From IMG/VR virus record IMGVR_UViG_3300017912_003267: a stretch of DNA of 64,000 bases; one strand, written 5' to 3'. Below, in pieces: positions 63,834 through 64,000 of the stretch. This stretch comes from an uncultured virus (IMG/VR IMGVR_UViG_3300017912_003267). Its lineage: Duplodnaviria; Heunggongvirae; Uroviricota; Caudoviricetes. Position 1 is the first letter of the stretch; every line of letters begins with the position of its first letter. The translations under genes and the position numbers were made by a program. The notes beneath the pieces were generated by a model. That model made no database searches, was not told the origin of the DNA, and saw only the letters and a program-made list of their open reading frames with translations.

Positions 63834-64000
63834 ATGATCACTTCCAAGGCATACATGATTAACATCATGAAAAAATGTGAGTATGCAGATACTCTCACCC
63901 GAGAAGAAAAGTTTCAAGTCTTCTGTAGAGTATGTGACAACATGCTCAAAGAAGGTAGAATGACCAAAACAACACACAAACGATTCACGGAGATCTGGTA
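63834..64000 (+). CDS. Hypothetical protein (reaches the window edge)
   Basis: 55 open codons MITSKAYM...FTEIW followed by TA at the edge. Confidence 0.6.
   Translation, partial: MITSKAYMINIMKKCEYADTLTREEKFQVFCRVCDNMLKEGRMTKTTHKRFTEIW

Overview
The window is a 64-kb segment of a T4-like marine cyanomyovirus (Synechococcus/Prochlorococcus phage type). Positions 1-8 kb carry auxiliary and replication genes: psbD, glutaredoxin, speD, thyX, phoH, an exonuclease, gp33 and gp32. This part also holds a nitrogen-responsive cassette (NtcA-type box, glutamine-riboswitch-like RNA, DUF4278 peptide). Positions 8-25 kb are the baseplate/hub module (gp53, gp48, gp2, gp4, tail-tube-like gene, gp26, gp51, two paralogous peptidoglycan-hydrolase proteins, gp5). 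Positions 25-27 kb hold four tRNAs, cpeT and two 2OG-Fe(II) oxygenases. Positions 27-59 kb are very large fibre/structural genes, and 59-64 kb is an early region (SF2 helicase, HNH nuclease, Dam-type methylase). The leading candidate for an undescribed system is the 3971-aa virion protein. It contains five repeats that align in register with phycobiliprotein helices, including Cys84-like and beta-Cys155-like bilin-attachment motifs, and it lies next to a T-type bilin lyase (cpeT) that has a late-type promoter. This suggests a bilin-decorated virion protein. Other strong leads are a small ORF nested inside an interlocked glutamine-aptamer pair, a probable -1 frameshift fusing gp26 to gp51, and a helicase-HNH-methylase trio in a genome that appears to avoid TGCA/CCGG/GGCC. 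All family assignments come from motif recognition by eye; no database searches were run.
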